DNA from: an uncultured Verrucomicrobiae bacterium
GTDB lineage: Bacteria; Verrucomicrobiota; Verrucomicrobiia; Palsa-1439
DNA: 64,000 nt
NCBI GenBank assembly: GCA_963812605.1
Contig: CAWEWF010000014.1
Coordinates: 544,001-608,000 of the forward strand
Reading direction: 5' to 3'
Shown here: positions 42,417 through 52,389 of the stretch, piece after piece
Layout: each line of letters starts with the position of its first letter
Numbering within the stretch: position 1 is the stretch's first letter
Made by a program: the position numbers and the translations under genes
The notes under the pieces: generated by a model
What the model was told of the DNA's origin: nothing
The model's database searches: none
Seen by the model: the letters and a program-made list of their open reading frames with translations, nothing else

Positions 42417-45232
42417 TTAACTGGGTTCTGCGCCTGTGGTCGTATAAGCCTCGACCGGCAAGCAGGTGCACACGACATGGCGATCACCGTAAACATTATC
42501 TACACGACCGACGGAGGGCCAAAACTTGTGCTCGCGTGTCCACGGCGCGGGGAAAGCCGCCTGCTCACGGCTGTACGGATGTTGCCATTTCTCGGCAACC
42601 ACCACTTGCGCCATATGCGGCGCGTTTTTCAGCGGATTATCGGCGCGATCCATCGAACCGGACTCAATGGCTTTGATCTCGGCATGGATCGCGATCATGG
42701 CATCGCAAAACCGGTCGAGTTCGGCTTTGGACTCGCTTTCGGTTGGCTCGATCATGAGCGTACCGGGCACCGGCCACGACATCGTTGGGGCATGAAATCC
42801 ATAATCAATCAGCCGCTTCGCGATGTCCTCGACTTCCACGTTCGCGGTGGCCTTGAATTGACGGCAATCAACGATGCACTCGTGCGCGACAAGATTGCCG
42901 TGCCCTTTGTAAAGCGTCGAGAAATGCGGTTCGAGCCGCTTCGCAATGTAGTTGGCGTTCAGGATCGCCACTTTCGTCGCGTCGGTGAGCCCTTCGCCGC
43001 CCATGAGCGCGATATACATCCACGGAATGGTAAGAATGCTGGCGCTGCCCCATGGCGCCGCGGATACCGGGCCGATACCTTGCGGGCCGCCGACCTCGCC
43101 CAGCGGATGCTTCGGCAAGTACGGAGCCAGGTGTCCCGCGACACCGATCGGCCCCATGCCTGGACCGCCGCCGCCGTGAGGGATACAAAAGGTCTTGTGC
43201 AGATTAAGATGACAGACATCGGCGCCCATGTCCCCGGGACGGCATAACCCAACCTGTGCGTTCATGTTTGCGCCGTCCATGTAGACCTGCCCGCCGTTGT
43301 CGTGAACGATGCGGCAGACCTCCTGGATGGTTTCTTCGAACACGCCGTGGGTGGAGGGATACGTCGCCATGAGCGCGCCAAGATTATCGCGGTGCGCCTC
43401 GTGCCTTGGCGCGTAGATCCGCAACGTCAATGTTGCCTTCTGCATCGCACGCGACAGCGACGACCTGGAAGCCCGCCATCACCGCGCTCGCCGGGTTCGT
43501 GCCATGTGCGGAGAGGGGAATCAGGCAAATATTGCGGTGGCCCTGGCCGCGTTGCTTCTGATACTCGCGGATGACCAGCAGCCCGGCGTACTCGCCCTGC
43601 GAACCAGCATTCGGTTGCAATGAAACAGCCGCGAAACCAGTGATCTCCGCCAACCAGGTTTCCAGTTGTCGGAATAACGTCTGATACCCCTCGGTCTGTT
43701 CGCGGGGCGCAAATGGATGCAATCTGCCGACCTCCGGCCATGTCAACGGAATCATCTCGGCTGTCGCGTTTAATTTCATCGTGCACGAACCGAGCGGAAT
43801 CATCGAGGTCGTGAGCGAGAGGTCCTTCGCCTCGAGCCGCTTCATGTACCGGAGCATCTCGTGCTCCGTGTGATACCGCTGGAAGACTTGATGCGTGAGA
43901 AACGACGTTGTGCGCGCGAATGCGCCAAGCTCTTGGTTCAAAAGGCCGGCCTCGATGTTACGCTCTGCAAGACGGTTCAAATCATCCGCTCGTTGTTGTT
44001 TCATCGAACGACACACCCCACGAACCGTCAGGAGTGCTCGCGCGCATTCAGGCCCTGCGGCTTTGGCGCTCGGCGAAAACGGCAGTGTATCGAAAAATGG
44101 CCCCTTCGGCAGTTCGCCCTGCACTGGTCGCGCAAAGGCTGCGGCCAGCGTATGGATCCGCCGGGCAATCCGCTTCAGTCCCTCCGGTCCATGATAAACC
44201 GCGTACATCGAAGCCATGACGGCGAGGAGCACCTGGGCCGTGCAGATGTTGCTGGTGGCCTTCTCGCGGCGGATGTGTTGCTCGCGCGTCTGGAGCGCTA
44301 GACGCAGGGCAGGATTTCCATGTGCATCTTTCGAGACGCCGACGAGTCGGCCGGGCATGTGGCGTTTGTACGCGTCCCGCGTGGCGAAGAATGCGGCGTG
44401 CGGACCGCCGTAGCCCATCGGCACCCCAAAGCGTTGCGCGCTGCCCACGGCAATGTCCGCGCCAAATTCTCCCGGCGGCTTCAAAAGCGTGAGGGCAAGT
44501 AGGTCAGTCGCGACGACCGCCAGCGCCTTGTGCCCATGCGCCTGTCTGAATAAACGGCTGGTAATCAAGAATCCTGCCATCGGTCGCGGGATATTGCAGC
44601 AGCACCCCGAAGACCTTTTCGTCGAGCGAGAATCCCGCGTAGTCCCCAACGACAACTTCGATTCCAATTGGCAGGGCGCGTGTTTGCACTACCGCGATGG
44701 TTTGCGGGTGGCAGGTATCGGAGACAAAGAAAATGTTTCGATCTTCACGACCTTGCAAGCCGTAGCACATGGTCATCGCCTCGGCAGCCGCCGTCGCTTC
44801 ATCGAGCAAGGAGGCATTGGCCACTTCCATCCCCGTAAGGTCGCTGACCATGGTCTGGAAATTGAGCAGCGCTTCGAGCCGGCCCTGTGAAATCTCGGCC
44901 TGATAGGGGGTGTACGCCGTGTACCAGCCAGGATTTTCCAGGATGTTGCGCTGGATCACGGGCGGCGTGATGCAATCATAATAGCCCATGCCGATGTACG
45001 AGCGGCACACCTTGTTCTGCGACATGATGGCCTTTAGTTCGGCGAGCAACTCCGACTCGCTACGGGCTGCGGGAAGCGAGAGCGGTTTCTCGCGGCGAAT
45101 TTGCTGGGGCACCGCCGCGTCGATCATCGCATCGAGATCTGGGAATCCCACGACGCGGAGCATTTCCCGAACGTCTTCAGGGCTCGGGCCAATATGCCGA
45201 TCCGCAAACTGATCAGGGTGTCCCGTGTTCAT
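42417..45232 (-). CDS. gcvP: Glycine dehydrogenase (glycine cleavage P protein); several indels
   Basis: [65 protein letters not shown], across three ORFs. Confidence 0.95.
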
Positions 45233-45609
45233 GCGCCAATATGGTGGGCGTAGTCGTCAGTACTGAGTAAGTCGTTAAGCTCGCTGGGATCGCTCATCTT
45301 GATTTTGAACATCCAACCCTTGTCGTACGGGTCTTGATTGAGCAATTCAGGCGTGCTGCTGAGTTCTTCATTTACGGCAACGATGTCCCCCGACAGGGGC
45401 GCATAGATATCGCTGGCGGCCTTCACACTCTCCACGACAGCACATTCTTTGCCCGCCTCAACGGGCGAGCCGACCGCCGGCGTCTCGACGTACACCACAT
45501 CCGTTAACTCATGCTGCGCATGATCGGTGATGCCGACCACTGCGACATCGCCCTCGACTCGCACCCATTCGTGAGTTTTCGCGTATTTCAGATTTTTCGG
45601 AACGTTCAT
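45229..45609 (-). CDS. gcvH: Glycine cleavage H protein
   Basis: [23 protein letters not shown] lipoyl-lysine, NQDPY..GW. Confidence 0.97.
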   Translation of the reverse strand: MNVPKNLKYAKTHEWVRVEGDVAVVGITDHAQHELTDVVYVETPAVGSPVEAGKECAVVESVKAASDIYAPLSGDIVAVNEELSSTPELLNQDPYDKGWMFKIKMSDPSELNDLLSTDDYAHHIGA

Positions 45610-46697
45610 GGGCCTTTCTTCAGGATTGGTTTCTTCTGGATCATCGCTGCGAACTTCTTCCCGCGAATTTCAATCTCAATCGGGGCGCCCACCGATGCGG
45701 CAGCGGTTTCCACGTAGCCCATGCCGATGCCGCAACCCAGGGTGGGCGATTGCGTGCCGCTGGTGATTTCACCGATCTTCCGGCCATTGGCCAGAATGGC
45801 GTAGTGCGGTCGCGGCGGTGGCGATTTCTCGGTCATCGTAAACGCGACGAGTTTGCGATCCACCCCTTCGGCCTTTTGTTCCATGAGGACGTCACTTCCG
45901 ATGAACGCGTCTTTCTCGAACGCGACAAACTTCCCGAGGCCTGCTTCCAGGGGCGTGGTCTTTTCGGTAAGATCGTTACCGTAAAGCGGATAACACATCT
46001 CCAGCCGCAGCGTGTCGCGGGCGCCAAGCCCACACGGCTGGATACCAAATGGTTCGCCCTCGGCCAATAGGATCCGCCATAAGTGCGGTGCGTCAGTCGC
46101 TTCGCAGAAAAGCTCAAAGCCATCCTCACCGGTGTAACCGGTCCGGGCCACCCAGCATTCCTTGCCGAAAACCTGCCGTCGTTGCACATGGAAATGTGGA
46201 AGCGTATCCGAAAAGTCGAAGAACTTGCTGGCAGCTGGACCTTGGAGCGCCAACGCTGCAAACCGATCGCTCAGGTTGGAGATCACCGCCGACACCGTCG
46301 CCTCCGCGTTCATCCACACGAAATCGCCTTCGATATTGCCAGCGTTCACGATGACAAGAAAGACGCTTGGCTCAAGGCGATACACGATCAAGTCATCCAC
46401 GATCCCGCCCTCGTGGTTGCACATCAAGGTGTATTGGGCCTGTCCGACGGCGAGTTTGCTCACGTCGTTGGTCAACAAATGGTTGAGCCCCCGTTCCGCA
46501 TTCGGCCCCGCGACCAGGAATTCGCCCATGTGCGAGATGTCGAAGAGGCCGACCCGCTCCCGCACCGCCGCGTGTTCCGCGAGAATGCTCGAGTATTGCA
46601 CAGGCATTTCCCAGCCGCCGAACGGCACCATTTTCGCGCCCCACTCAAGGTGCGAGGCGTACAAAGGCGTGCGTTTGAGCGTTTCAGCACTATGCAT
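45606..46697 (-). CDS. gcvT: Glycine cleavage aminomethyltransferase
   Basis: [39 protein letters not shown]. Confidence 0.97.
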   Translation of the reverse strand: MHSAETLKRTPLYASHLEWGAKMVPFGGWEMPVQYSSILAEHAAVRERVGLFDISHMGEFLVAGPNAERGLNHLLTNDVSKLAVGQAQYTLMCNHEGGIVDDLIVYRLEPSVFLVIVNAGNIEGDFVWMNAEATVSAVISNLSDRFAALALQGPAASKFFDFSDTLPHFHVQRRQVFGKECWVARTGYTGEDGFELFCEATDAPHLWRILLAEGEPFGIQPCGLGARDTLRLEMCYPLYGNDLTEKTTPLEAGLGKFVAFEKDAFIGSDVLMEQKAEGVDRKLVAFTMTEKSPPPRPHYAILANGRKIGEITSGTQSPTLGCGIGMGYVETAAASVGAPIEIEIRGKKFAAMIQKKPILKKGP

Positions 46698-46705
46698 GGC
46701 GCGTT

Positions 46706-46734
46706 ACGTTAATGGCGGGGTGAGTGGGTGTCAA
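46706..46734 (-). promoter_or_regulatory. Sigma70 promoter of gcvTHP (near-leaderless)
   Basis: Minus strand TTGACA-N17-TAACGT, 8 nt before ATG. Confidence 0.65.
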
Positions 46735-46809
46735 TTTAGGAATACGCAGCATGAATCTGCGCCCCAAACCACGCAACTTCCGCCCTTCAACCCCTTCAAA
46801 AGGCCCTCC

Positions 46810-47306
46810 CGGTGGGTTCGTTCTGGAAAACGAACCCACCGTTTTCCGTCGCCATTTTATTATGCAACTCATTGTGGCCATGTTGGATAACTGCTGTTTT
46901 CCAAGATAAAATCGGTGGGTTCGTTTCGCAGAAACGTATAGGGGGGGTCTTCTTCCTTGCCGTGAGGGCGACATTCTGTCGCGATTCCTCGTCGTATTCT
47001 TTCGCCTCTCCCCTTGGGGGAGAGGGTTAGGGTGAGGGGTGTTCGCAACCTCGCGAAGTGGGCTTGAGAGCCTTCCTCGAATCCTTCTCTGGGTTCAACG
47101 TTCATCTGTTTCCCCGACTATACCCATCCGGAATCACCGAGTCCAGCAGAATTATCAATTACCGATAATCCCTCGGCGTGCTTCCCCAGTAGTTGTAGGC
47201 CGCGTGCCCCCACGCGGCGGGGATTCAGGGTGCTCCTCAGCCCGTCATCCGGAGCGAAGCGAAACTCGAAGAGGCCGATTGTCGTGTATCGGCAAATCTC
47301 TGTTGT
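46810..47306 (-). repeat. Composite non-coding element, copy 2
   Basis: Head 47100-47306 and tail 46828-46934 homologous to copy 1; different REP units in the middle (47005-47039, 46962-46985). Confidence 0.85.
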
Positions 47307-47415
47307 TAAAGTCGTCTCCGTTAGGTTGGGGCTGTAGGCCTTGCCACTATCACTAAATCCGTGCACCCATGTTGTTGCGTCGTCCCACTGATTCTTCAGG
47401 GAAACAGCCTCTTTA

Positions 47416-47444
47416 CGTAGGTTCGAGTCCTGCCTGCCGACTCC
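47416..47444 (+). other. tRNA 3'-end remnant (T-arm + acceptor strand; Asn-like)
   Basis: CGTAGG-TTCGAGT-CCTGC-CTGCCGA: canonical T-loop and 5-bp T-stem, but no matching 5' half upstream. Confidence 0.5.
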
Positions 47445-47525
47445 TTTTTGTGCTTTCCTTGCCGCGCTAGTAGAGGTCTAATCACAAATTGGTGAAGGTG
47501 AAGCGGGGACAATCCCAGGGAAGAG

Positions 47526-48032
47526 GTGAAATATATGAAATTCGCTACATTGATGGTTCTCAGTTTCCTTGTGTGTTCGCAACAAGCGGTGTGGTCTCAG
47601 CAACACGCCCAAGCTGCCAGCAATAATGACGCGCTGCTGGCAAAGTGTACGAAGCTTCTTACTTACGGCGAACAGCAGGAGCTTTACAAGCCTAGCAAGC
47701 TGGACGCGGTAGTTACCTTAGGGCTTTTGGGCGACGAGCGCGCAGTGCCCATTCTAATCGATCATCTTCAGAATGAAGAGGACAGGAATCTACGATTCCA
47801 TATCGCACAAGCACCGGGGTGGATTGGCAGCACGAATGCAGTGCCAGCGTTGGAGGACGCCTTGCACGACAAGTACCCGATGCTGCGAGTGGAGGCGGCG
47901 ACCGCTTTGAAAGACATTACCGGCAAAGATTACCAATACGACAAGGCGGGGTTGCCTGATATGGAGACTATGAAATTATTCCCTCATTCATCAACGAATG
48001 CCTCCGATAAGTCGATTGGGAGCAAACCCTAA
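47526..48032 (+). CDS. Secreted HEAT/PBS-lyase repeat protein
   Basis: Signal peptide; LGLLGDERAVPILIDHL, AVPALEDALHDKYPMLRVEAATAL. Confidence 0.8.
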   Translation: MKYMKFATLMVLSFLVCSQQAVWSQQHAQAASNNDALLAKCTKLLTYGEQQELYKPSKLDAVVTLGLLGDERAVPILIDHLQNEEDRNLRFHIAQAPGWIGSTNAVPALEDALHDKYPMLRVEAATALKDITGKDYQYDKAGLPDMETMKLFPHSSTNASDKSIGSKP

Positions 48033-48128
48033 CCTCCAGCCGACCGCAACCCGCAAGGCACGCAAACCGTCCAAAGCGGGGACTCCTTTTTGCTTTCCTC
48101 GCGGTCTGGCTAGGGGTCTAATGCTGCG

Positions 48129-48344
48129 GTGATGAGTAGCTTCGCTAGAACGGTGGACTCGAAAGCATCATCAGCCTCTAATCGCGGCATCCTGAGGACG
48201 TTGGTTCTTAGCTTGTTTGTGCTAGCCTTCGTAGGTTGTTCCACCCCGTATCGTGATGATACATCAACGGAATATTGGAACCAGCAAGCGGCACAGACTT
48301 TTGGTTTACCCCAGCTCCATACTCAGCACACCTGGTCGCCTTAA
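48129..48344 (+). CDS. Small putative lipoprotein
   Basis: Basic N-region, hydrophobic LVLSLFVLAFVG-C lipobox. Confidence 0.5.
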   Translation: MMSSFARTVDSKASSASNRGILRTLVLSLFVLAFVGCSTPYRDDTSTEYWNQQAAQTFGLPQLHTQHTWSP

Positions 48345-48524
48345 GTCCAAACAACTATCTCAAGAGCTTAAACCGCAAGGTTCGTAAATCGTCCAAACCG
48401 GGGAGCCAATTTCCTTCCAAACAGCGTCTGCGAGCCTCTCCATTCGGTCGGGGGGTTCAGTCGTGAATGAGAGAGCTGTCCACAGGGAGGAGCAGTGGGA
48501 ACTGGCATTCTTGTCTGTGTCTAG

Positions 48525-48556
48525 AAAAGGCGAGCCCCGCAAGAATGCGGGGCTCG
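48525..48556 (-). terminator. Rho-independent terminator of the PEP-CTERM gene
   Basis: CGAGCCCCGCA-loop-TGCGGGGCTCG 11-bp stem followed on the minus strand by CCTTTT. Confidence 0.75.
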
Positions 48557-48582
48557 AGAGCGAACAACCGACTGATTTGGCC

Positions 48583-49392
48583 TCAGGATTTGCGCCGGCG
48601 CAAAATCAACATGCCCGCCAAGCCTCCCCCGACCATCAGGATCGTGGAGGGTTCAGGCACCGCGCTCAGGCTCATATTGTTGTAGAAATCATTCTGGGAG
48701 GTGCCATTGCCGGCGTTGAAGTTGAACAGCCGCACCTGCGCGATAGAGGCTCCCGCGTCACCTTCCAACGAGATATTGTTGGTGCTGTAGCTAGAGGCGT
48801 TGCCATTCAATCCTGTGACCGACACATTCATCGTGTCCGCGCTCGTGAGGGTGAACGTCAAATGCAAGCCGGTATCCGTGAAGCCGATGCCGGTATCCGC
48901 GCCGCTGGTTGTTTGCAGCGTGTAATCCGATTGGCCGCCGACGAAAAAGAATTCGACGCGATTATTGCCGTTGGCTTCCTGCAACCCGAGCCCGACCGTG
49001 CCGCCGTTTTGGAGGAAGCCATTCTCAAAGTCGATCGAGAACGATTGGCCAAGTTGGAGTACGGACGAGAACGGGCGGACGGCAGAGGCGGTCTGACTGT
49101 TATTGCCGTACAAGCCCCAGGCTGCGCCGTTGCCTGAGTTGATCCCGGCGTGGCCGCCGGCGCCATTGGCGGTGGAATCGTTCAAGGTCTCGCCGCTCTG
49201 GGCGACGGTGCCGCTGTTGTTGAAGGACCATGGACCGTAGCCCGTGCCGCCATTACTGCCGTTTGTCCACGTGCTGCTGGCAATAGTGCCGTAATTGCCT
49301 GCATTGTCGGTGCTTTGTCCCCGTGCAGAGATCGCAAACAACACCGCTGCCGTGAATAAAGCGGGGAATAGGATGCTTGAGAACCTTTTCAT
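48583..49392 (-). CDS. PEP-CTERM sorting-domain surface protein
   Basis: Signal peptide; C-terminal VPEPSTILMVGGGLAGMLILRRRKS. Confidence 0.92.
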   Translation of the reverse strand: MKRFSSILFPALFTAAVLFAISARGQSTDNAGNYGTIASSTWTNGSNGGTGYGPWSFNNSGTVAQSGETLNDSTANGAGGHAGINSGNGAAWGLYGNNSQTASAVRPFSSVLQLGQSFSIDFENGFLQNGGTVGLGLQEANGNNRVEFFFVGGQSDYTLQTTSGADTGIGFTDTGLHLTFTLTSADTMNVSVTGLNGNASSYSTNNISLEGDAGASIAQVRLFNFNAGNGTSQNDFYNNMSLSAVPEPSTILMVGGGLAGMLILRRRKS

Positions 49393-49709
49393 GCCCGTAC
49401 TCCTTTACTCGCCGTGTTTCTCTTCTCGCCCTGACTTGTTAAACCGTTTTCGCTCACCACCGAATCACCCACCCATGTATCGACAGTGGGTTTATCCGTA
49501 AATTCTAGGGATCGAATAGCACAAAAATGCCCGCAATGTCAATACCTATTTGGCAGTCGGAGGTCTTTCGTGGGTGGCACTAGCCCGTAGATCCCAAGGT
49601 GTTGGGTTGTGTTCCGCTGGTCAGGTTCTAGCGGATTTTGGCCCCGGCCAGCCTCATCCCAAACAATTTTGGTTGAGTCTCCCGAAGCAACTTACTACCG
49701 TGGCGAAAT

Positions 49710-50096
49710 ATGAGCGACCCGATTCCAGTGGAGGCCGTGGTTGTCGAGAAGACATACGTGGGCAAGGTTTGCTTTCCCGCAGCCGTGCCGGAACGCTTTG
49801 TGGATCACTTGCGTTTTCCAGAGGATTTATACGAGCACGTGGAAAAAATGGGCTTGAACCAACGGACTGTAAAATTCCTGCTGGGCGCGCTCAATGGCCG
49901 CTGGTCGCTCACCGCTTCCGCCGACCTGCAAGACATCGCGATCAAGACAGCCATGCAGTACGCGGAAATGGATACGATCGTTCAAGACCTCATTGAGAAG
50001 AACTATGCGCGCCTGGATAAGCGCATCGACCTCTATCGCTTCTGGGTGGTCCTGCTTCACGTAAAAGGCGTCTACTTCGAACAGGCCGAGGACTAG
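49710..50096 (+). CDS. Hypothetical winged-helix protein resembling the DnaD N-terminal domain
   Basis: FPEDLYEHVEKMGLNQRTVKFLL...LQDIAIKTAMQYAEMDTIVQDLIEKNY...IDLYRFW pattern. Confidence 0.6.
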   Translation: MSDPIPVEAVVVEKTYVGKVCFPAAVPERFVDHLRFPEDLYEHVEKMGLNQRTVKFLLGALNGRWSLTASADLQDIAIKTAMQYAEMDTIVQDLIEKNYARLDKRIDLYRFWVVLLHVKGVYFEQAED

Positions 50097-50116
50097 AAAC
50101 GGCGTCATAAATCTCC

Positions 50117-50178
50117 GGTGGCACAGGCGTCCCTGCCTGTGTCGATGGATTTTGACAGGCACGGAGGCCTGTCCCACC
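50117..50178. repeat. GTGG-type REP doublet
   Basis: GGTGGCACAGGCGTCCCTGCCTGT ... ACAGGCACGGAGGCCTGTCCCACC inverted pair of hairpins. Confidence 0.85.
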
Positions 50179-50252
50179 ATTTATGAGATAGCCCCGAGGC
50201 TCGCACGGCGTTTGCCTTCCGCGACGGTTGCTGGTATCCTCAGGTTGTTGTC

Positions 50253-51473
50253 ATGACCGAGCCATTTCATACGCAGGCCGTCCGCTTCAATTCGATAGCG
50301 GAGTGCCTCGAAGATATCCGCCAGGGACGCATGATCATCGTCACCGACGACGAAGACCGTGAGAATGAGGGCGACCTCATCATGGCCGCCGAAAAAGTCA
50401 CGCCGGAAGCTGTCAATTTCATGACGAAACACGGGCGCGGTCTGATCTGCGTGCCCACGACCGAGTCGCGTCTCAAGGCGCTCGGCATTGGCCGCATGGT
50501 CGCCGAAAACCGCGAGAGCTTCAAAACCGATTTCATGGTCAGCGTCGACGCGCGCGATGGCATCACCACGGGCATCAGCGCCCATGATCGCGCGCGCAGT
50601 ATTCGTGTCCTCGCTGATCCGAACGCCGCTCCCAAAGATCTGGTGTCCCCGGGTCACATCTTTCCGCTCCAGGCCCGCGAAGGCGGCGTCCTTCGTCGCG
50701 CTGGTCACACCGAGGCGTCTGTCGATCTGGTGAAGATGGCGGGACTCTTTCCCGTCGCCGTTCTTTGCGAGATCCTGAATGAAGACGGCACCATGGCGCG
50801 CCTGACCGACCTGATGAAGTTCCGTGAACAATTTGGGTTGAAAACCTGCACCATTCGCGATCTCATCGAGTATCGCCGCGTGCGCGAGAAACTCGTCGCG
50901 AAAGAGCAGGAGGTCTTGCTGCCGACAGCCTATGGCGAATTCAAACTGCATCTCTATCGCTCGCTGGTGGATGGCCAGCATCATGCCGCGCTGGTGATGG
51001 GTGACGTGCGCGGCAAAGAGAATGTTCTGGTGCGCGTCCACAGCGAATGCCTGACGGGCGATGTATTTGGCTCGTTGCGGTGCGACTGCGGCCCGCAACT
51101 GCATGACGCCCTGAAACGCATCGCCGAAGAGGGTGAAGGCGTTCTGGTTTACATGCGGCAGGAGGGGCGGGGCATCGGCTTCGCCAATAAAATCCACGCT
51201 TACGCGCTCCAGGAGAAAGGGCTCGATACCGTCGAGGCCAATGAAAAACTCGGGTTCAAGCCCGACTTGCGTGAGTACGGCCTCGGCGCGCAGATCCTGG
51301 TCGATCTCGGCCTGCACAGCATTCGCCTGCTGACCAACAATCCGAAAAAAGTCGTGGGGTTGGAAGGCTTCAACCTCCAGATTGTCGAACAAGTGCCGAT
51401 TCGCTCCGAGCCGACGCCGCACAACAGCAAATACCTAGAAACCAAGAAGACGAAAATGGGCCACGTCCTGTAA
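50253..51473 (+). CDS. ribBA: Bifunctional DHBP synthase / GTP cyclohydrolase II
   Basis: DDEDRENEGD, RRAGHTEA, RVHSECLTGD...RCDCG, QEGRGIG, LLTNNP. Confidence 0.97.
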   Translation: MTEPFHTQAVRFNSIAECLEDIRQGRMIIVTDDEDRENEGDLIMAAEKVTPEAVNFMTKHGRGLICVPTTESRLKALGIGRMVAENRESFKTDFMVSVDARDGITTGISAHDRARSIRVLADPNAAPKDLVSPGHIFPLQAREGGVLRRAGHTEASVDLVKMAGLFPVAVLCEILNEDGTMARLTDLMKFREQFGLKTCTIRDLIEYRRVREKLVAKEQEVLLPTAYGEFKLHLYRSLVDGQHHAALVMGDVRGKENVLVRVHSECLTGDVFGSLRCDCGPQLHDALKRIAEEGEGVLVYMRQEGRGIGFANKIHAYALQEKGLDTVEANEKLGFKPDLREYGLGAQILVDLGLHSIRLLTNNPKKVVGLEGFNLQIVEQVPIRSEPTPHNSKYLETKKTKMGHVL

Positions 51474-51475
51474 CC

Positions 51476-51946
51476 ATGCTGCGTGGAAAGAAAATCGAAA
51501 GACGCCTGTCTGCCGCTGGTCTGCGATTCGGCATCGCGGCTGCGCGGTACAACACCGGCCTGGCTGATGCATTGCTCGCGAATTGCGTCGACACCCTGGC
51601 GAAAGCCGGTGCGGACACGCGCGACATCAAGGTTCTGCGTGTCCCCGGCACCTTCGAAGTTACTGTGGCTGCCGCGAGGCTCGCCAGGAACGACAAATGT
51701 GATTGTGTGATTGGTCTTGGCGTCTTGGTGGAAGGCGAAACGCGTCACGCCCGGCACATCGGCAGCGCGGTGGCCCACGGCCTCACGGACGTCGCGATTC
51801 GCACCGGCGTGCCGATGGTCTTCGGGATCGTTGCCGCGAACAATCTCCGGCAGGCGCGTGTGCGTTGCCTCGGCAAGAAACACAACCGCGGTCGGGAAGC
51901 GGCCCTGACCGCCATTGAAATGGCACGGCTATGGAAAAACCTGTAA
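51476..51946 (+). CDS. ribH: 6,7-dimethyl-8-ribityllumazine synthase
   Basis: ARYN, VPGTFE, IGLGVLVEGETRH, NRGREAALTAIEM. Confidence 0.93.
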   Translation: MLRGKKIERRLSAAGLRFGIAAARYNTGLADALLANCVDTLAKAGADTRDIKVLRVPGTFEVTVAAARLARNDKCDCVIGLGVLVEGETRHARHIGSAVAHGLTDVAIRTGVPMVFGIVAANNLRQARVRCLGKKHNRGREAALTAIEMARLWKNL

Positions 51947-52389
51947 AGCCGCCGGGAAAACGCCGCATCGCCCGCGAGCTGGCCGTTCAATTCCTCTATC
52001 AATTTGATATCAGTGGCGGATCGTTGGAGGAAGCGTTGCCGTTGTTCTGGCAGACGCAGTCGGAAGTCGCCGAAGACGGGCGCAAATTCGCCGAGGAACT
52101 CATTCACGGCGTGGTCGAGCGTCGCGCGGCTATCGACGAACGCATCGCCAAATACACGGATAATTGGGATTTGCCGCGCATCGCCGCCGTCGACCGCAAC
52201 ATCCTGAGACTGGCCATGTACGAGATGCTGTTTCGAGACGATATCCCGCCCGTGGTCAGCATCAATGAAGCGGTCGACATTGCCAAGAAATTTTCCACGC
52301 GCGAATCGGGCGCGTTCGTCAACGGGATTCTCGACCGCCTGAAGGCCGATCTGACCCGACCCTCGCGCACGGCCGCGTCTGCGCAATGA
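51931..52389 (+). CDS. nusB: Transcription antitermination factor NusB
   Basis: RRIARELAVQFLYQ, VDRNILRLA, INEAVDIAK, FVNGILD. Confidence 0.96.
   Translation: MEKPVKPPGKRRIARELAVQFLYQFDISGGSLEEALPLFWQTQSEVAEDGRKFAEELIHGVVERRAAIDERIAKYTDNWDLPRIAAVDRNILRLAMYEMLFRDDIPPVVSINEAVDIAKKFSTRESGAFVNGILDRLKADLTRPSRTAASAQ

Noticed and set aside
42417-45232. Split gcvPA/gcvPB genes or programmed frameshifting
   Set aside because: The breaks do not match the PA/PB boundary, no slippery sites were seen, and similar indels occur throughout the window.
46698-47100. Glycine riboswitch upstream of gcvT
   Set aside because: No GGAGA/CCGAAG/CTCAGG aptamer motifs, and the promoter lies immediately before the ATG.
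36262-47306. 11-kb invertible segment or composite transposon bounded by the two inverted elements
   Set aside because: The content is core genes, lpxA keeps its usual orientation after fabZ, the repeats are diverged and there is no recombinase. Independent insertion of two copies is simpler.
47350-47445. Intact tRNA gene
   Set aside because: Only the T-arm and 3' acceptor strand are present; no complementary 5' strand, D-arm or anticodon arm.
48028-48090. Integron attC site after the HEAT-repeat gene (CCTAAC at the stop codon)
   Set aside because: No matching GTTRRRY at a suitable distance, no attC-like palindrome and no integrase.
50097-50252. FMN riboswitch upstream of ribBA
   Set aside because: No RFN consensus; the hairpins present are a REP doublet.
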